Virus record (IMG/VR): IMGVR_UViG_3300005563_000004
Span: 3,332 to 67,331 of that record
Length of the DNA: 64,000 nucleotides
DNA from: a virus
Direction: 5' to 3' (one strand)
Shown here: positions 45,355-55,700 of the stretch, one piece after another
How positions within the stretch are numbered: the stretch's first letter is position 1
How the letters are laid out: each line of letters begins with the position of its first letter
Notes under the pieces: generated by a model
Databases searched by the model: none
The model's input: only the letters and a program-made list of their open reading frames with translations
Told to the model about the DNA's origin: nothing
Position numbers and translations under genes: made by a program

Positions 45355-47190
45355 GTGACCACGATCTACATTGTCGGCGCTGGCGCCGGGACTTTTACGC
45401 CGCCCTCAACGGCCACCGCCACTGTTGACTGTTTCGGCGCCGGTCCCGCAGGCGGCGTAGGGGGGACTGGTGGCGGCAGCGCGGGATGGGCGCGGAAGAA
45501 TTCACTTAGCCTAACTCTAGGTGTCGGGGTCAGTTTTAACCTTGGCGCTCCGGGCGTAACGGCATCACAGGCTGGCGGCAATACTTGGTTCTCTAGCACT
45601 GCAACTGTCCTTGCTGCTGGCGGTCTCTCGGGAACGACTCAGGTCGGTGACTCGACCTTTGCTGGCGCAGGTCAACAAACGAGCGCGCCGGTAGGGAACG
45701 CTGGCGGCGCTGGGGCGGCTGGCCCAAACGGCGCAGGTAAGCTGGGTGGTGCCGCCCCCAACACGGGAGGTGGGGGCGGTGGGGGTAATGGCGGCGGCGC
45801 TGTTGGGCAGGATTCTCCTGTCAGCGGCAACGGCGGCAATGGCGGCAATGGCTTTGCGGGCACAGGCGGCACGGGCGGCGCGGGTGCTGGTGCGCCTGGT
45901 GGAAATGGTTCGGGCGGGGCTGGCGCTGGTTCCAGTGGCGGAGCTGGCGGCAACGGCGGTGACGACTTCGACAATGGAGGCGGTGGTGGTGGTGGCACTC
46001 CACCTGGGGCAAACGGAGGCACCACGGGTGGTATTGGTGGTACTCCGGGTGGTGGAGGCGGATCTTCGGCCGGCGGGCAGTCCGCTGTTCGGGGCGGCTA
46101 TGGTCTCATCAAGATCACCTATCCTGGGTCTGATCCAGACCGGATAATCTTCGGCGGCGGGATCACTCAGGCGCAAATCCTGACGAACATTCCGGCCTCG
46201 TGGAACGGCACCTATACTGTGGGCGTGATGAACGGCGGCTTCACCGTTCTCACGCAAGGTGCGCCGCTGGTACTGCCGTCAGTCTATGGCGACAATCCTA
46301 AGCTGATCAGGCGCCCAGGTCGGATCGGTGGCAAGCGCATCACACCGCGGCCAATCCGCGATTATTCTACGCCAGCCAGTAACATAACGGTCGCACCGGA
46401 CGTTGGCTCGATTGTCTTTACCGGCCTGGCTCCTTCAGCCGATGAAAGTCTGCTTCCCGGCGTTGGCTCGATCCTGTTCACAGGACAGGCGCCATCAGCA
46501 AACGAAGCTGTACAGCCTGGCGCTGGATCGATCGTCTTCACTGGCCTGGCTCCTTCGGTCGGTGAAAGTTTAGCTCCCGGCGCCGGCTCGATCCTTTTCA
46601 CCGGCAATGCTCCGTCAGCCGACGAAAGCCTGTTGCCCGGTGCTGGCTCGATCTTGTTTTCAGGGCAGGCGCCATCCGCAGATGAAGCGCTGTTGCCCGG
46701 CGCCGGATCGGTGCTGTTCACCGGGCTGGCGCCGTCAGTAAACGAAGCGCTTCTGCCTGGTGTCGGCGCGATCGTCTTTACCGGCAACGCTCCGTCGCTT
46801 TTCGCTGAAGCGGTAGCGTCGAGACTTCCGCGTCAGCTGGGTCGTGGCCCGCGACCGCTCATTCCGCATCCGCTGCGCGACTACTCCGCCACCGTATCGA
46901 GCCTATTCCCAGATGCTGGCTCGATCATATTCACTGGCTTGGCGCCAAGCCTCGATGAGATGCTATCCCCAGGTGTCGGATCAGTCGTCTTCACGGGGCA
47001 GGCTCCATCTGCGGATGAAAGCCTGCTTCCTGGCGTCGGGTCGATCACCTTCACTGGCCTCGCGCCGACGCCGCTTTACAACGTGGCTGTCGCGCCCGGT
47101 GTTGGCTCGGTGTCGTTCACCGGCTTTGTTCCGACAGTGACAGCACCGCCGACGCGCGCCATCGTTGCACAACCAGCGTTCTTGTGGTGA
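45355..47190 (+). CDS. Gly-rich plus 20-aa-repeat fibre protein
   Basis: Gly-rich N-terminal half; 11 copies of P(G/D)(V/A)G(S/A)hxF(T/S)GxxP. Confidence 0.75.
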   Translation: MTTIYIVGAGAGTFTPPSTATATVDCFGAGPAGGVGGTGGGSAGWARKNSLSLTLGVGVSFNLGAPGVTASQAGGNTWFSSTATVLAAGGLSGTTQVGDSTFAGAGQQTSAPVGNAGGAGAAGPNGAGKLGGAAPNTGGGGGGGNGGGAVGQDSPVSGNGGNGGNGFAGTGGTGGAGAGAPGGNGSGGAGAGSSGGAGGNGGDDFDNGGGGGGGTPPGANGGTTGGIGGTPGGGGGSSAGGQSAVRGGYGLIKITYPGSDPDRIIFGGGITQAQILTNIPASWNGTYTVGVMNGGFTVLTQGAPLVLPSVYGDNPKLIRRPGRIGGKRITPRPIRDYSTPASNITVAPDVGSIVFTGLAPSADESLLPGVGSILFTGQAPSANEAVQPGAGSIVFTGLAPSVGESLAPGAGSILFTGNAPSADESLLPGAGSILFSGQAPSADEALLPGAGSVLFTGLAPSVNEALLPGVGAIVFTGNAPSLFAEAVASRLPRQLGRGPRPLIPHPLRDYSATVSSLFPDAGSIIFTGLAPSLDEMLSPGVGSVVFTGQAPSADESLLPGVGSITFTGLAPTPLYNVAVAPGVGSVSFTGFVPTVTAPPTRAIVAQPAFLW

Positions 47191-47217
47191 AGCGGCGCAT
47201 TTTGCTACAGGAACGCA

Positions 47218-47553
47218 ATGCCCGTCCTGCCTCGCTTTACATCGGCTCGTGGCCTCGTCCGTCCCAATATTGATCAGTATTTAACCGTTCATTTGCCGGG
47301 TGAGATCATGCAGGCAGTGGTGGTCCAGGTCGTGGATCGGGACCGCGTGATTGTCGAACTTGACTCCACGCCAATGTCGAGGAGCCACACCTATCGCAAG
47401 GGCGACCGGCCCGGCGCGCGGCGGCGGCGGGAGCACGGCATAGATATCTGGGAAGTGGTGGACGATCGGTACTTCATCTCCAACATGAGTCCGAACGAGT
47501 TCCGGCCGGCGGAGGAGAAGCCGGCGCCGAAGAAGCGAAGGGCGAAACACTGA
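47218..47553 (+). CDS. hypothetical protein
   Basis: TGATG-coupled to the next gene. Confidence 0.6.
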   Translation: MPVLPRFTSARGLVRPNIDQYLTVHLPGEIMQAVVVQVVDRDRVIVELDSTPMSRSHTYRKGDRPGARRRREHGIDIWEVVDDRYFISNMSPNEFRPAEEKPAPKKRRAKH

Positions 47554-48761
47554 TGCCGTGGTCTGGGCAGTCCTTTCAAAAGCACAACCACGCACTGCAC
47601 GGCGCGAAAGCTGAGCACGCAGCACATATTGCTAACGCGGTGTTAAAATCTGGTGTCGATGAAGGCGAAAGCATCGCCATCGCGAACAAGTGGGCGCAGC
47701 ATCACGCGGACGGCGGCGCCATCAAGCACAGCAAAGATTCGCCCGAGGTACAGTACGGCCACGGTATGCCGAGTGCCCACTGCGGGATCTGCTCGCACTT
47801 CCGCGCGCCGCATAGCTGCGAGGTGGTGGCGGGCGAAGTCAGTTCGCAGGGCTGGTGCAAGCTGTTCAAGCATCGCGAGAGCCGCGGCATGGGTGGCCCG
47901 ATCGGCTACGATGGTGGTGGGATGATCGATCCGACTGCCGGCTCCGTCGCGCTCAATCCGCCGGCACTGGGCGGCATAACGCCATCGGCATCCACGGCCT
48001 CGCCGATGATAGCGCAGACGCTGCAACGTTACGCGCAGATGCCGACCGAGAAGCTGCAGGAAATGGCCATGGTGATGGGCAATTCTCCGCAGGGGAAGAT
48101 GGTCAAGCGGGCGCTGATGCAGAAGCATATGGTGCCACAAGTGCAGCAGGCGGTTCCGCAGCAGCAAGCACCGGCCATGGGCCAGGCGGCTGGTGGCCCG
48201 GTTGCACACCGCGACATGGGTGGTGGGATGCTCGGCATGGGTTTGTCGCAGGCTGAGCCGTGGTGGACGCGATCGGAAGCGCGCGGTGCTGACGCGGGAC
48301 CAATGACCGGCTACCTGCATGGCGCTACCGCCGGCCGTGCCGATGCGCTCAAGGGCACGGCGCTGTCGGATAGCTATATCCTGCCGGCGGAGGAGATTGC
48401 CGGGCTGGGCGAGGGCAACAGCCTCATGGGCGCTCGTGTGATCAACGCCATGCTGGGAAGTGGTCCGCACGGCATTGCGCAGCCCCATGGTCGCGCCGGT
48501 CACGGGCCACCGCGTCCGCCGGCTCCGCCACGCGAGTATCAAGCCAAGGGCGGCGGAGTGCAGCAGGGCGAGCAGCCAACAACCAAAGTCGCACTGAGCC
48601 ACGGCGAATACTCAATGACACCAGAGCAAGTGATGCAGTTCACAGGAAGGAATGATTTGAAAAGCGCACACCGCGTCATGGACCTGTTCACCATGGAGCT
48701 GCGGAAGCGGCACATCAAGGAATTGAAAGGACTCGAACCACCGGTTGGCAGCAAACAATGA
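47553..48761 (+). CDS. modular ejection-region protein: YdaT-like N-terminus, HiPIP-like module, xxGG motifs
   Basis: MPW...IANA.L..G..EG..IAIA; CGICSHF....CEVV.G.V...GWC..F; GRAD...SYILPA; VALS.GEY...PEQV. Confidence 0.75.
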   Translation: MPWSGQSFQKHNHALHGAKAEHAAHIANAVLKSGVDEGESIAIANKWAQHHADGGAIKHSKDSPEVQYGHGMPSAHCGICSHFRAPHSCEVVAGEVSSQGWCKLFKHRESRGMGGPIGYDGGGMIDPTAGSVALNPPALGGITPSASTASPMIAQTLQRYAQMPTEKLQEMAMVMGNSPQGKMVKRALMQKHMVPQVQQAVPQQQAPAMGQAAGGPVAHRDMGGGMLGMGLSQAEPWWTRSEARGADAGPMTGYLHGATAGRADALKGTALSDSYILPAEEIAGLGEGNSLMGARVINAMLGSGPHGIAQPHGRAGHGPPRPPAPPREYQAKGGGVQQGEQPTTKVALSHGEYSMTPEQVMQFTGRNDLKSAHRVMDLFTMELRKRHIKELKGLEPPVGSKQ

Positions 48762-49312
48762 ACAACCCGCACGGCGTACGTCGCGCCACCGACGCGGACA
48801 TTCCCGGTCTCCTGACCCTCGTACCGCAGATCCTCGCCGAGAGCGAAGTGCTGGCACTTTCCGAACCGAAGATTCGGACGCTGATCGAAAAGTGCTGCCA
48901 GCGCCAAGCCGGCGCCATCGCCGGCATCATCGACGGCGCGGCCGGCGTGATCGACGCCAGCATTGGCATGACTTTCGCTCAGTCCGAAGTGTCGGACGAG
49001 CCGTATATCTCGGTGGTGTGGTTCGGCCTGGCGCCGCACGCGCGCACGTTGCCGCAGGACATTGCCGCGGTGCCCGACCATCCGCGGGCGCATTACAGCC
49101 GGCGCCTGGCAAACTTCGCCAAGTGGACGCATGAGACGGCGGAAGCCGCCGCCGGCCATCGGATCATCATGCGGTGGGACGTGCTGACGCTCGAAAGCCT
49201 CGGGCCGAAGCTGAACATGTACGGCCGCAACTTCCCCCAGGTCGGCGCCTATTTTGCGCTCGGCGCAGCCGGCACGTTCAAGCCGCGCGGGCAAAGCGTT
49301 GAAGCTGCCTGA
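48758..49312 (+). CDS. GNAT-like protein (degenerate)
   Basis: VRRATDADI..L; paralogous in layout to the next gene. Confidence 0.55.
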   Translation: MNNPHGVRRATDADIPGLLTLVPQILAESEVLALSEPKIRTLIEKCCQRQAGAIAGIIDGAAGVIDASIGMTFAQSEVSDEPYISVVWFGLAPHARTLPQDIAAVPDHPRAHYSRRLANFAKWTHETAEAAAGHRIIMRWDVLTLESLGPKLNMYGRNFPQVGAYFALGAAGTFKPRGQSVEAA

Positions 49313-49802
49313 CAGGGTCCGGCTCGCCCAACCGTCCGACCTGGACCGGCTCTGCGATTTTTGTTGGGTCGCTGCGGCCGATAATGGCCTTTTCCCGCTG
49401 GCGCCGGCCAAGGTCATCGATCTCCTGAAGCGCGCATGCTGGCGGTCGTCTGATCCGCCGGCTGTCATTGGCTTGATCGATGGGCCGGGCCGGATCGAGG
49501 CGGCGGTTTACCTGGATGCCATGACCCACTGGTATTCGAACTACTGGTTATACGTTGATCGCTTTCTCTATGTGCATCCTGCCCATCGCCGCAGCCGGCA
49601 CGCCTTCCGGTTGTTGCAGTTCTGTCGTTTCTGGTATGAAGCCAACGGGGTGCCTGTTGTCCTCACGATCGAGACCCTGAAAGAGCGGGAGGGCAAGGAG
49701 CGCTTGTATAGCCGTTACGCGCGTCGCGTCGGCGCCAGCTTCGTCATTGGCGAACTGTGTGTGGAGAACGCGACGGATGGGCAAGGGATCAAGCGGCAGT
49801 AA
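49299..49802 (+). CDS. GNAT-like acetyltransferase
   Basis: VRLAQPSD; WYS; FLYVHPAHRRSRHA..LL.F; K.RLY.R....GA.F. Confidence 0.7.
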   Translation: MKLPDRVRLAQPSDLDRLCDFCWVAAADNGLFPLAPAKVIDLLKRACWRSSDPPAVIGLIDGPGRIEAAVYLDAMTHWYSNYWLYVDRFLYVHPAHRRSRHAFRLLQFCRFWYEANGVPVVLTIETLKEREGKERLYSRYARRVGASFVIGELCVENATDGQGIKRQ

Positions 49803-52791
49803 CACGACCGTCCAGAACAATGCGCCTCCGCAGCAGTTCATGGACGCCTATACCCATGCGGTTCAGAACGCTCAGAACCTTGCCGCGCAGCCGTTTCAGC
49901 AATACACCGGCAACCTTCAGGCGGGACTATCGCCCGATCAGCTAGGCGCCATCAGCAACATCGAGAGCGCACAAGGCGTCGCGTCGCCGTACATTAACAG
50001 CGCCGCTCAGTACATAAACAACGCGACGGCACCGCTGCAGCCTACGCTGCAGCCGTATCAGAATGCGCAGGACTGGTGGGCACAGCAGGAGGCCGGCATT
50101 GCGCAAAACAATCCGAACCTGCTCAACCAATTCTTCACGCCTGCCAATCAGAACCTGAACAAAGAACAGGGCATCGCGCAGCAGGCGCTGGGAACGGTAT
50201 CGCCATTCCAGCAGCTCGGTTCGTCGCAGATCAACCAGTACCTCAACCCGTATCTGAACCAGGTTGTCGGTGCGACGCAGGCACAGTTCAACAACCAGAA
50301 CGCGCAGCAGGCGAACCAACTGGCCGGCAACGCCGTATCGGCGGGAGCTTATGGCGGCGATCGTGAGGCGCTGGCGCAGTCATCGCTGGCCAATCAGCAG
50401 CAGCTGGCGCAGGCGCCGGTTATCGCCGGGCTGGAAAGCCAAGGTTACGGCCAGGCAGTGCAGACCGCGCAGCAGCAGCAGCAAGCGCAGCTCTCGAACC
50501 AGCAGGCGCAGCTTCAGGGCCAAGGATTGGCAAGCAACCTGTATCAGAATGCTGCCAATGCCGCGATGCAGCAGGCCGGGCTTGGCTTGCAGGGATCGCA
50601 GATGAACGCCGGCATCTACAACAACATCGCCAACATGCTTGGCCAGCAGGGGCAGATGAGCCTCGGCGCCAATGAGGCGAATGCATGGCTCAACAGCCAG
50701 GCTGGCTACGGCATGGCGAACCTCGGCAACGAAGCGCTCAACTCGACACTGACTGGCGCGAATGCGCTGCTCGGCGTGGGTGGCCTCGAGCAACAGCAGG
50801 CGCAGCAATCGCTGAACATTCCGTACGAGCAGTTCATCGCTCAGCAATCGTGGCCGTTTCAGACGGCTGGCTGGGAATCGAACATTGCGGAGGGGCTGGG
50901 TGCCAACGCGGGCGGCACCGGCACAACGACTGTGCCAGGACCAAGCGTCGGCTCACAGGTTGCCGGCGGGGCGCTGGCTACGGCGGGACTGCTGGGCCAG
51001 ACAGGTGCCTTTGGCAACAGCGGGTGGCTGACCGGCGCAGGGGGCGGCGCTGGCGTAGTCGACACAGGAGCTTTCGATGCCGGCGCTGGCGTAGTCGATG
51101 CGGGAGCGTTCGCTGCTCGTGGCGGCTCCATTCCACATCGTGCCTTTGGCGGTGGCATGGGTCAGCCGATTGCGCTGCCGCAAGGCATGCCCAACGTGCC
51201 CGATGTCAGCATGAGCATCGTCCCTCAAGGATCAGTGTCGCACGGTGGGATGAACGTGCTGAAGAATTACGGTTCGACTTCTACCACGACCGGCGGCGGC
51301 GGCGGTGGCCAAGAGGCTGCGCAAGCCATTAGTGACGTTATCAAGATCGTCGGCACTATTGCGGCGTTTGCCAAACGTGGCGGTCACATCCCGCGCCGCG
51401 CCGCAGGCGGTTCGGCTCCGGTTTCTGTCACGCTCAAGCCAGGCTCCTATGCCGGATCGCCCCAAGTGCCAGTGCTGTCGAACGGTGGTGGTGGCATGGG
51501 GGCGCCGACCGCCGGAACGCCGCAAGGACTGAGCGACTATCTATCGAGCACCGCCGCGTCGGCGCGCCCGCCGCCAGCACCCGCCCCTGCAGCATCCGCT
51601 CCACCTTCAGCCTCTCCGGCGCCAGCTGCGCAGCCGCCGGGACCAGCAGTCGCAACCGAGGGCATGATGTCACCCTATGGCTTTGCGCTTCCTACAGGCA
51701 TGCCGCTCGCGACTGGTCCGTACGGCGACTATCTGAATGCCTTCAACGCAGGCAATTGGCCGGGCATCGGTGCGCCTGCCAGCTTTGGCGGCCAGCAGGC
51801 CAGCGGTGGCCGTGTCGGATTGGACGATGGCGGTGTGCCTGGCATGGGCGACGACGGGCCCCCTCCTCCGATGGGCGGCATGGGTGCACCAGTTGCTCCG
51901 CCATCTGATGGTCGCGACTGGTCGCGTGCGTTGCTGTACGCTGGTCTCGGCATCATGGGCGGCAACTCGCCGAACGCTGGCGTCAACATTGGCCGCGGTG
52001 CGCTACAGGGATTGCAGGCGGCAAGCAAAGAACAGCGCGAAAACGCCTACGAACGGCATCAGGCAGAGACCGAACGGCAGGCGGCAATCCGGCTGGCGAA
52101 CGAGGCTGATTACCACAAGCAGCAACTGCAGCAGCAGGACAAGCATCTGTCAGCTGAGCAGGAGCACTGGAAGGCACAGGAAGGCCAGTTCCAGCAGATG
52201 ATGCCTATCCACCAGGGGCAGCTGGATATCGGTCGTGGCAATCTTGCGCTGCATCAAGACGAGTTTGGCGAGAAGACCGCTAAAGATGCACTGGCAGTGC
52301 AGCAGGGGCGCTGGGTGCCGGGCTACGGAAGCGGCGAGAACGGCGACCACATCCCCGGCATGTACTACATGCCGAAGACTGGCGGCGAGCCGATATTCCA
52401 TCCTGGCGTCAACTCAGCGACGACCCAGCGGCTTGACCAGTCGACGGCGAATCAGAACGCGCTGCTCGAGATGAAGAAGCAGGCGCTTGCTCAGACCAAG
52501 GATCTAAAGACTCAGGGGATGATCCAGGGAGCCAGCGGCCAAGTACTGCGGAGCGCTGGCAATATCATCAACGCAAATCCAGGGATCAAATGGGACAAAG
52601 CCATCGAGATGGCGACAAAGTCCCAGAGCAATGTGCAGTCCCAAGTGCAACTGCCACCATCGTCTCAGCCGGCGTCTCAGCCATCTGCCGCCGCACCGCC
52701 GCCGATCCCCAAGCCGGGCGACATTCTCCAAGGCTACGTCTTCAAGGGAGGCGACCCAGGCAACCAGGCGAACTGGGCGCCGCAACAGTAG
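49777..52791 (+). CDS. DNA ejection (internal virion) protein
   Basis: MGKGSS..T.; Y.NPY..QV; AGAYGG.R; Gln-rich; C-terminal G.VFKGGDP....NW. Confidence 0.8.
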   Translation: MGKGSSGSNTTVQNNAPPQQFMDAYTHAVQNAQNLAAQPFQQYTGNLQAGLSPDQLGAISNIESAQGVASPYINSAAQYINNATAPLQPTLQPYQNAQDWWAQQEAGIAQNNPNLLNQFFTPANQNLNKEQGIAQQALGTVSPFQQLGSSQINQYLNPYLNQVVGATQAQFNNQNAQQANQLAGNAVSAGAYGGDREALAQSSLANQQQLAQAPVIAGLESQGYGQAVQTAQQQQQAQLSNQQAQLQGQGLASNLYQNAANAAMQQAGLGLQGSQMNAGIYNNIANMLGQQGQMSLGANEANAWLNSQAGYGMANLGNEALNSTLTGANALLGVGGLEQQQAQQSLNIPYEQFIAQQSWPFQTAGWESNIAEGLGANAGGTGTTTVPGPSVGSQVAGGALATAGLLGQTGAFGNSGWLTGAGGGAGVVDTGAFDAGAGVVDAGAFAARGGSIPHRAFGGGMGQPIALPQGMPNVPDVSMSIVPQGSVSHGGMNVLKNYGSTSTTTGGGGGGQEAAQAISDVIKIVGTIAAFAKRGGHIPRRAAGGSAPVSVTLKPGSYAGSPQVPVLSNGGGGMGAPTAGTPQGLSDYLSSTAASARPPPAPAPAASAPPSASPAPAAQPPGPAVATEGMMSPYGFALPTGMPLATGPYGDYLNAFNAGNWPGIGAPASFGGQQASGGRVGLDDGGVPGMGDDGPPPPMGGMGAPVAPPSDGRDWSRALLYAGLGIMGGNSPNAGVNIGRGALQGLQAASKEQRENAYERHQAETERQAAIRLANEADYHKQQLQQQDKHLSAEQEHWKAQEGQFQQMMPIHQGQLDIGRGNLALHQDEFGEKTAKDALAVQQGRWVPGYGSGENGDHIPGMYYMPKTGGEPIFHPGVNSATTQRLDQSTANQNALLEMKKQALAQTKDLKTQGMIQGASGQVLRSAGNIINANPGIKWDKAIEMATKSQSNVQSQVQLPPSSQPASQPSAAAPPPIPKPGDILQGYVFKGGDPGNQANWAPQQ

Positions 52792-55700
52792 ATGGCCGGC
52801 CCCTGGACAGAGTTTCAGGGCGGCGACCTCGACCGCTTCTACGACGATGCGGGTAAGCAGAACGGTGTCGATCCCGATCTGCTGCGATCCGTCCACAGCG
52901 TAGAAAGCCGCGGCAACGATATGGCCGTGTCGCCGGCCGGGGCGCTGGGCCGCGGCCAGTTCCTGCCTAGCACCGCGCGCTCCGTTGGAATGACCGACCC
53001 GTTCAACGCACGGCAGTCGATCTACGGCACCGCAAAGTACCTCAAGGTGCTGTCGGGCGAACTGGGTGACGATCGGCTGGCAGTCGCTGGTTATCACGGT
53101 GGCCCGAACACGCAGGAGTGGGGGCCGAAGACCGCACAGTACGTCCAGCACGTCAGCCAGGACTATCAGCAGCGGAAGGCCGCCGAAGCACCGCCGCCTT
53201 CTGGGCCGTGGACGCAGTTTCAGAAGCAGCCGCAACAGACTGGGCCGTGGGCGCTGTTCCAGCAGCAAGACGAAGGCCGACCGCTGACGAACGCAGAGGC
53301 GGTGAAGCAGCTGCCGATGGCGGAGAGGGACGAGGGCACTGCGCAGCCGCAGATCCAAGTCGGCAACGGCGCTGATCTGGCGAAGGTGCTTTCGTCGCCC
53401 GAAGCGGAGGCTGCCGATATTCCGCAGTCGCAAGCGCCAGCGGACACGTCAGAAATCCAAGAGGCGATGCGTAAGGCATATGCCTCAACGCCACCGCTGG
53501 TTAATCCGCAGTCGGGCACCGGTCAATGGTTGTCGCAGCACGGCATGAGTGGGCTGACGCAGCCGATCGTGCCGATGGCGGCGATGAATGCCGGCTGGGC
53601 CGGGCTGTCGGAAGCAGCGATCGAGGCGACGAAGCGATACGCGGGCGAGGGCGCAGCGAAGACTGTCGGACAAGTGATGGAGATGGCCGGCTCCGGTGCA
53701 TTGGCACCGGAACTGATGGGCGGTGGAATGCGGATGCATGAGGCGCCTGCGGCTCCGGTGTCTCCGCCCGGAGTAAGACCGGAGCCACAGGCTACGGCGC
53801 AGACGCTACCGCAGCGTTCTGCTACCCCAACGCTTGATGCGGTTGCAAGCGAAGCGCGCGCTCGCGCGCAAACGCCGGAGCAGGCAGCGCTGGACGAACT
53901 GCACCAGCAAGCCGCGCCGGCACCGGAGGCGCCCGCTGGATCGGCGATCGAGGCGCTGAAGAAGCAGGCGGCGACAGACACGCCAGCCGCGCCGATGCAG
54001 CAACCTCCGCCATCACCCGCAGGCACACCGGCAACAGAGCCGCCGTTGCCAGCCGCGCGCATGGAGACGCCACCACCTACACCGCCCGACGTGCGCCAGC
54101 GCCTGGCGGAAGTCAGCGCGAAGGAGGCGGAGCTATCGAAGGCGGAGGAAGCGGCAAATGCGCCGGCTCCTGAAGTCGACAAGGCAACAAACCGACCGGC
54201 CGGAAGCTGGGTCGCGGTCAGTAAGGAGACAGGCCAGCCTGTTCTCGAGACATTCGAGAAGCAGACGGCCGACGCCATCGACAAGTCGAAATACGATGTG
54301 CTGCCAGCTGGCGAATATCTCGGCAACCTAAACAAGCAGATACGCGAAGGGCAGGCGCCAGAGGAGACGCCACCGACGCCACCAGCTCCACCACCGCGCC
54401 GCGGTGAGCCGACGCCATTCGAGAAGCTGCCGCGCGAGCCGATGCGGCTAGTGGAATGGCTGAAGCAGAACGGCGGCATCAAGGATGAAGGCGGCGATCT
54501 GAACGCCATTCTCGGCGGCAGCAAAGGGCGCCCCGGCCTGATCAACAACAAGCGCGGCGCCACACTGGACGACGCGGCGCACGCAGCGTGGCAGGCCGGC
54601 TATCTACCCGATGCCTCCCGGCCCGACACAAACGCGCTGCTCGACGCCATCCGCGATGACCACACCGGCACCAAGCGGTACAGCCAGCAAGACTTCGATC
54701 GCGTGCAGGACTACCAGGAAGCGGTCGGGCGCAATGAGGAAGTCGATCGCCTCGCCACGACGCACGAGATCGAGACGCGCGGCAAGACGCGCGATCAGTT
54801 CTACGACGAGCTGCACGACCGGCTATCGACCGAAGACCGGGCGCGCGAGATCGCGGAGCAGGAAGCAGGCTTCCTCGACGCGCAGCGCGAACTGGATCGT
54901 GGCGCGCGAGAGCACAAGCCGGAGCCGGAAGCAGGACTTGCGCCGTCACCGTGGAACGCGCGAGAGTTCTACGGCCAGTCGCAGGCGCGGACGCTGGAGG
55001 ATTTAGAGCGTGAGCATCGCGAGGAGACACATCCTGCAGCAGCGCAGCAACGCGGTGAAGGTGCTGAACGACCCGCACCTGCCGCACCACCTGAAGGTGT
55101 CGGCCAAGAAGCTGAAGGACCACGCGGACGTGCTGCTGGGGATGCAGGACGCGGCGAAGCGGTCAGCGCAGAAGCGGGAATCGCAAGGCCGTGGGAGCAA
55201 GGCGGCAAGCAGAGGGTCTACTTCAACCTAGGCCGCGGCAAGTCTGGATTCATTGAACAGACTGCTCACAACGGTGATTACGACTGGACGATGCGCTATC
55301 CGACAGCCAATCGGGGCGGCGAAAAGGTGCGCGACGCAATGCACCAATGGATGGCCGAACGATTCGGCAACGAGCGCAATCCACAATGGTCTGAGATATG
55401 GGACCGTGCCAACGGCAAGACGCCTGCGGCTGACCTCCTCGGGCGACAAATAGCCGAACCACGCGCCAAGGCCGGCGCCGAACCGACCATCCGCAACGAC
55501 CCGAACCAGATCGGCATGCCCGGCATGGAGGCGTCAGCCGTCCAGGCACAGGCCGCACGAGACGCGCAGGGCCGCGGCGCACTGCAATCTGAAGCACCGC
55601 AGAAGCCCGCGAACGAAGGGCTGTTCGCGCCAGACACGACAGGGCAGGGGACGCTGTATAGCTTCCCCGGAGCGTTGGTTGATCCAGAGGCATGGCGCCG

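Noticed and set aside
45600-46100. Gly-rich tract counted among the xxGG motifs
   Set aside because: It is a generic glycine-rich fibre domain without the basic/aromatic-x-x-GG-x-hydrophobic context.
46381-47130. 60-bp periodic repeats as CRISPR or DGR template/variable repeats
   Set aside because: They are in-frame coding repeats varying mainly at synonymous positions, not adenine-specific, and no reverse transcriptase is present in the window.
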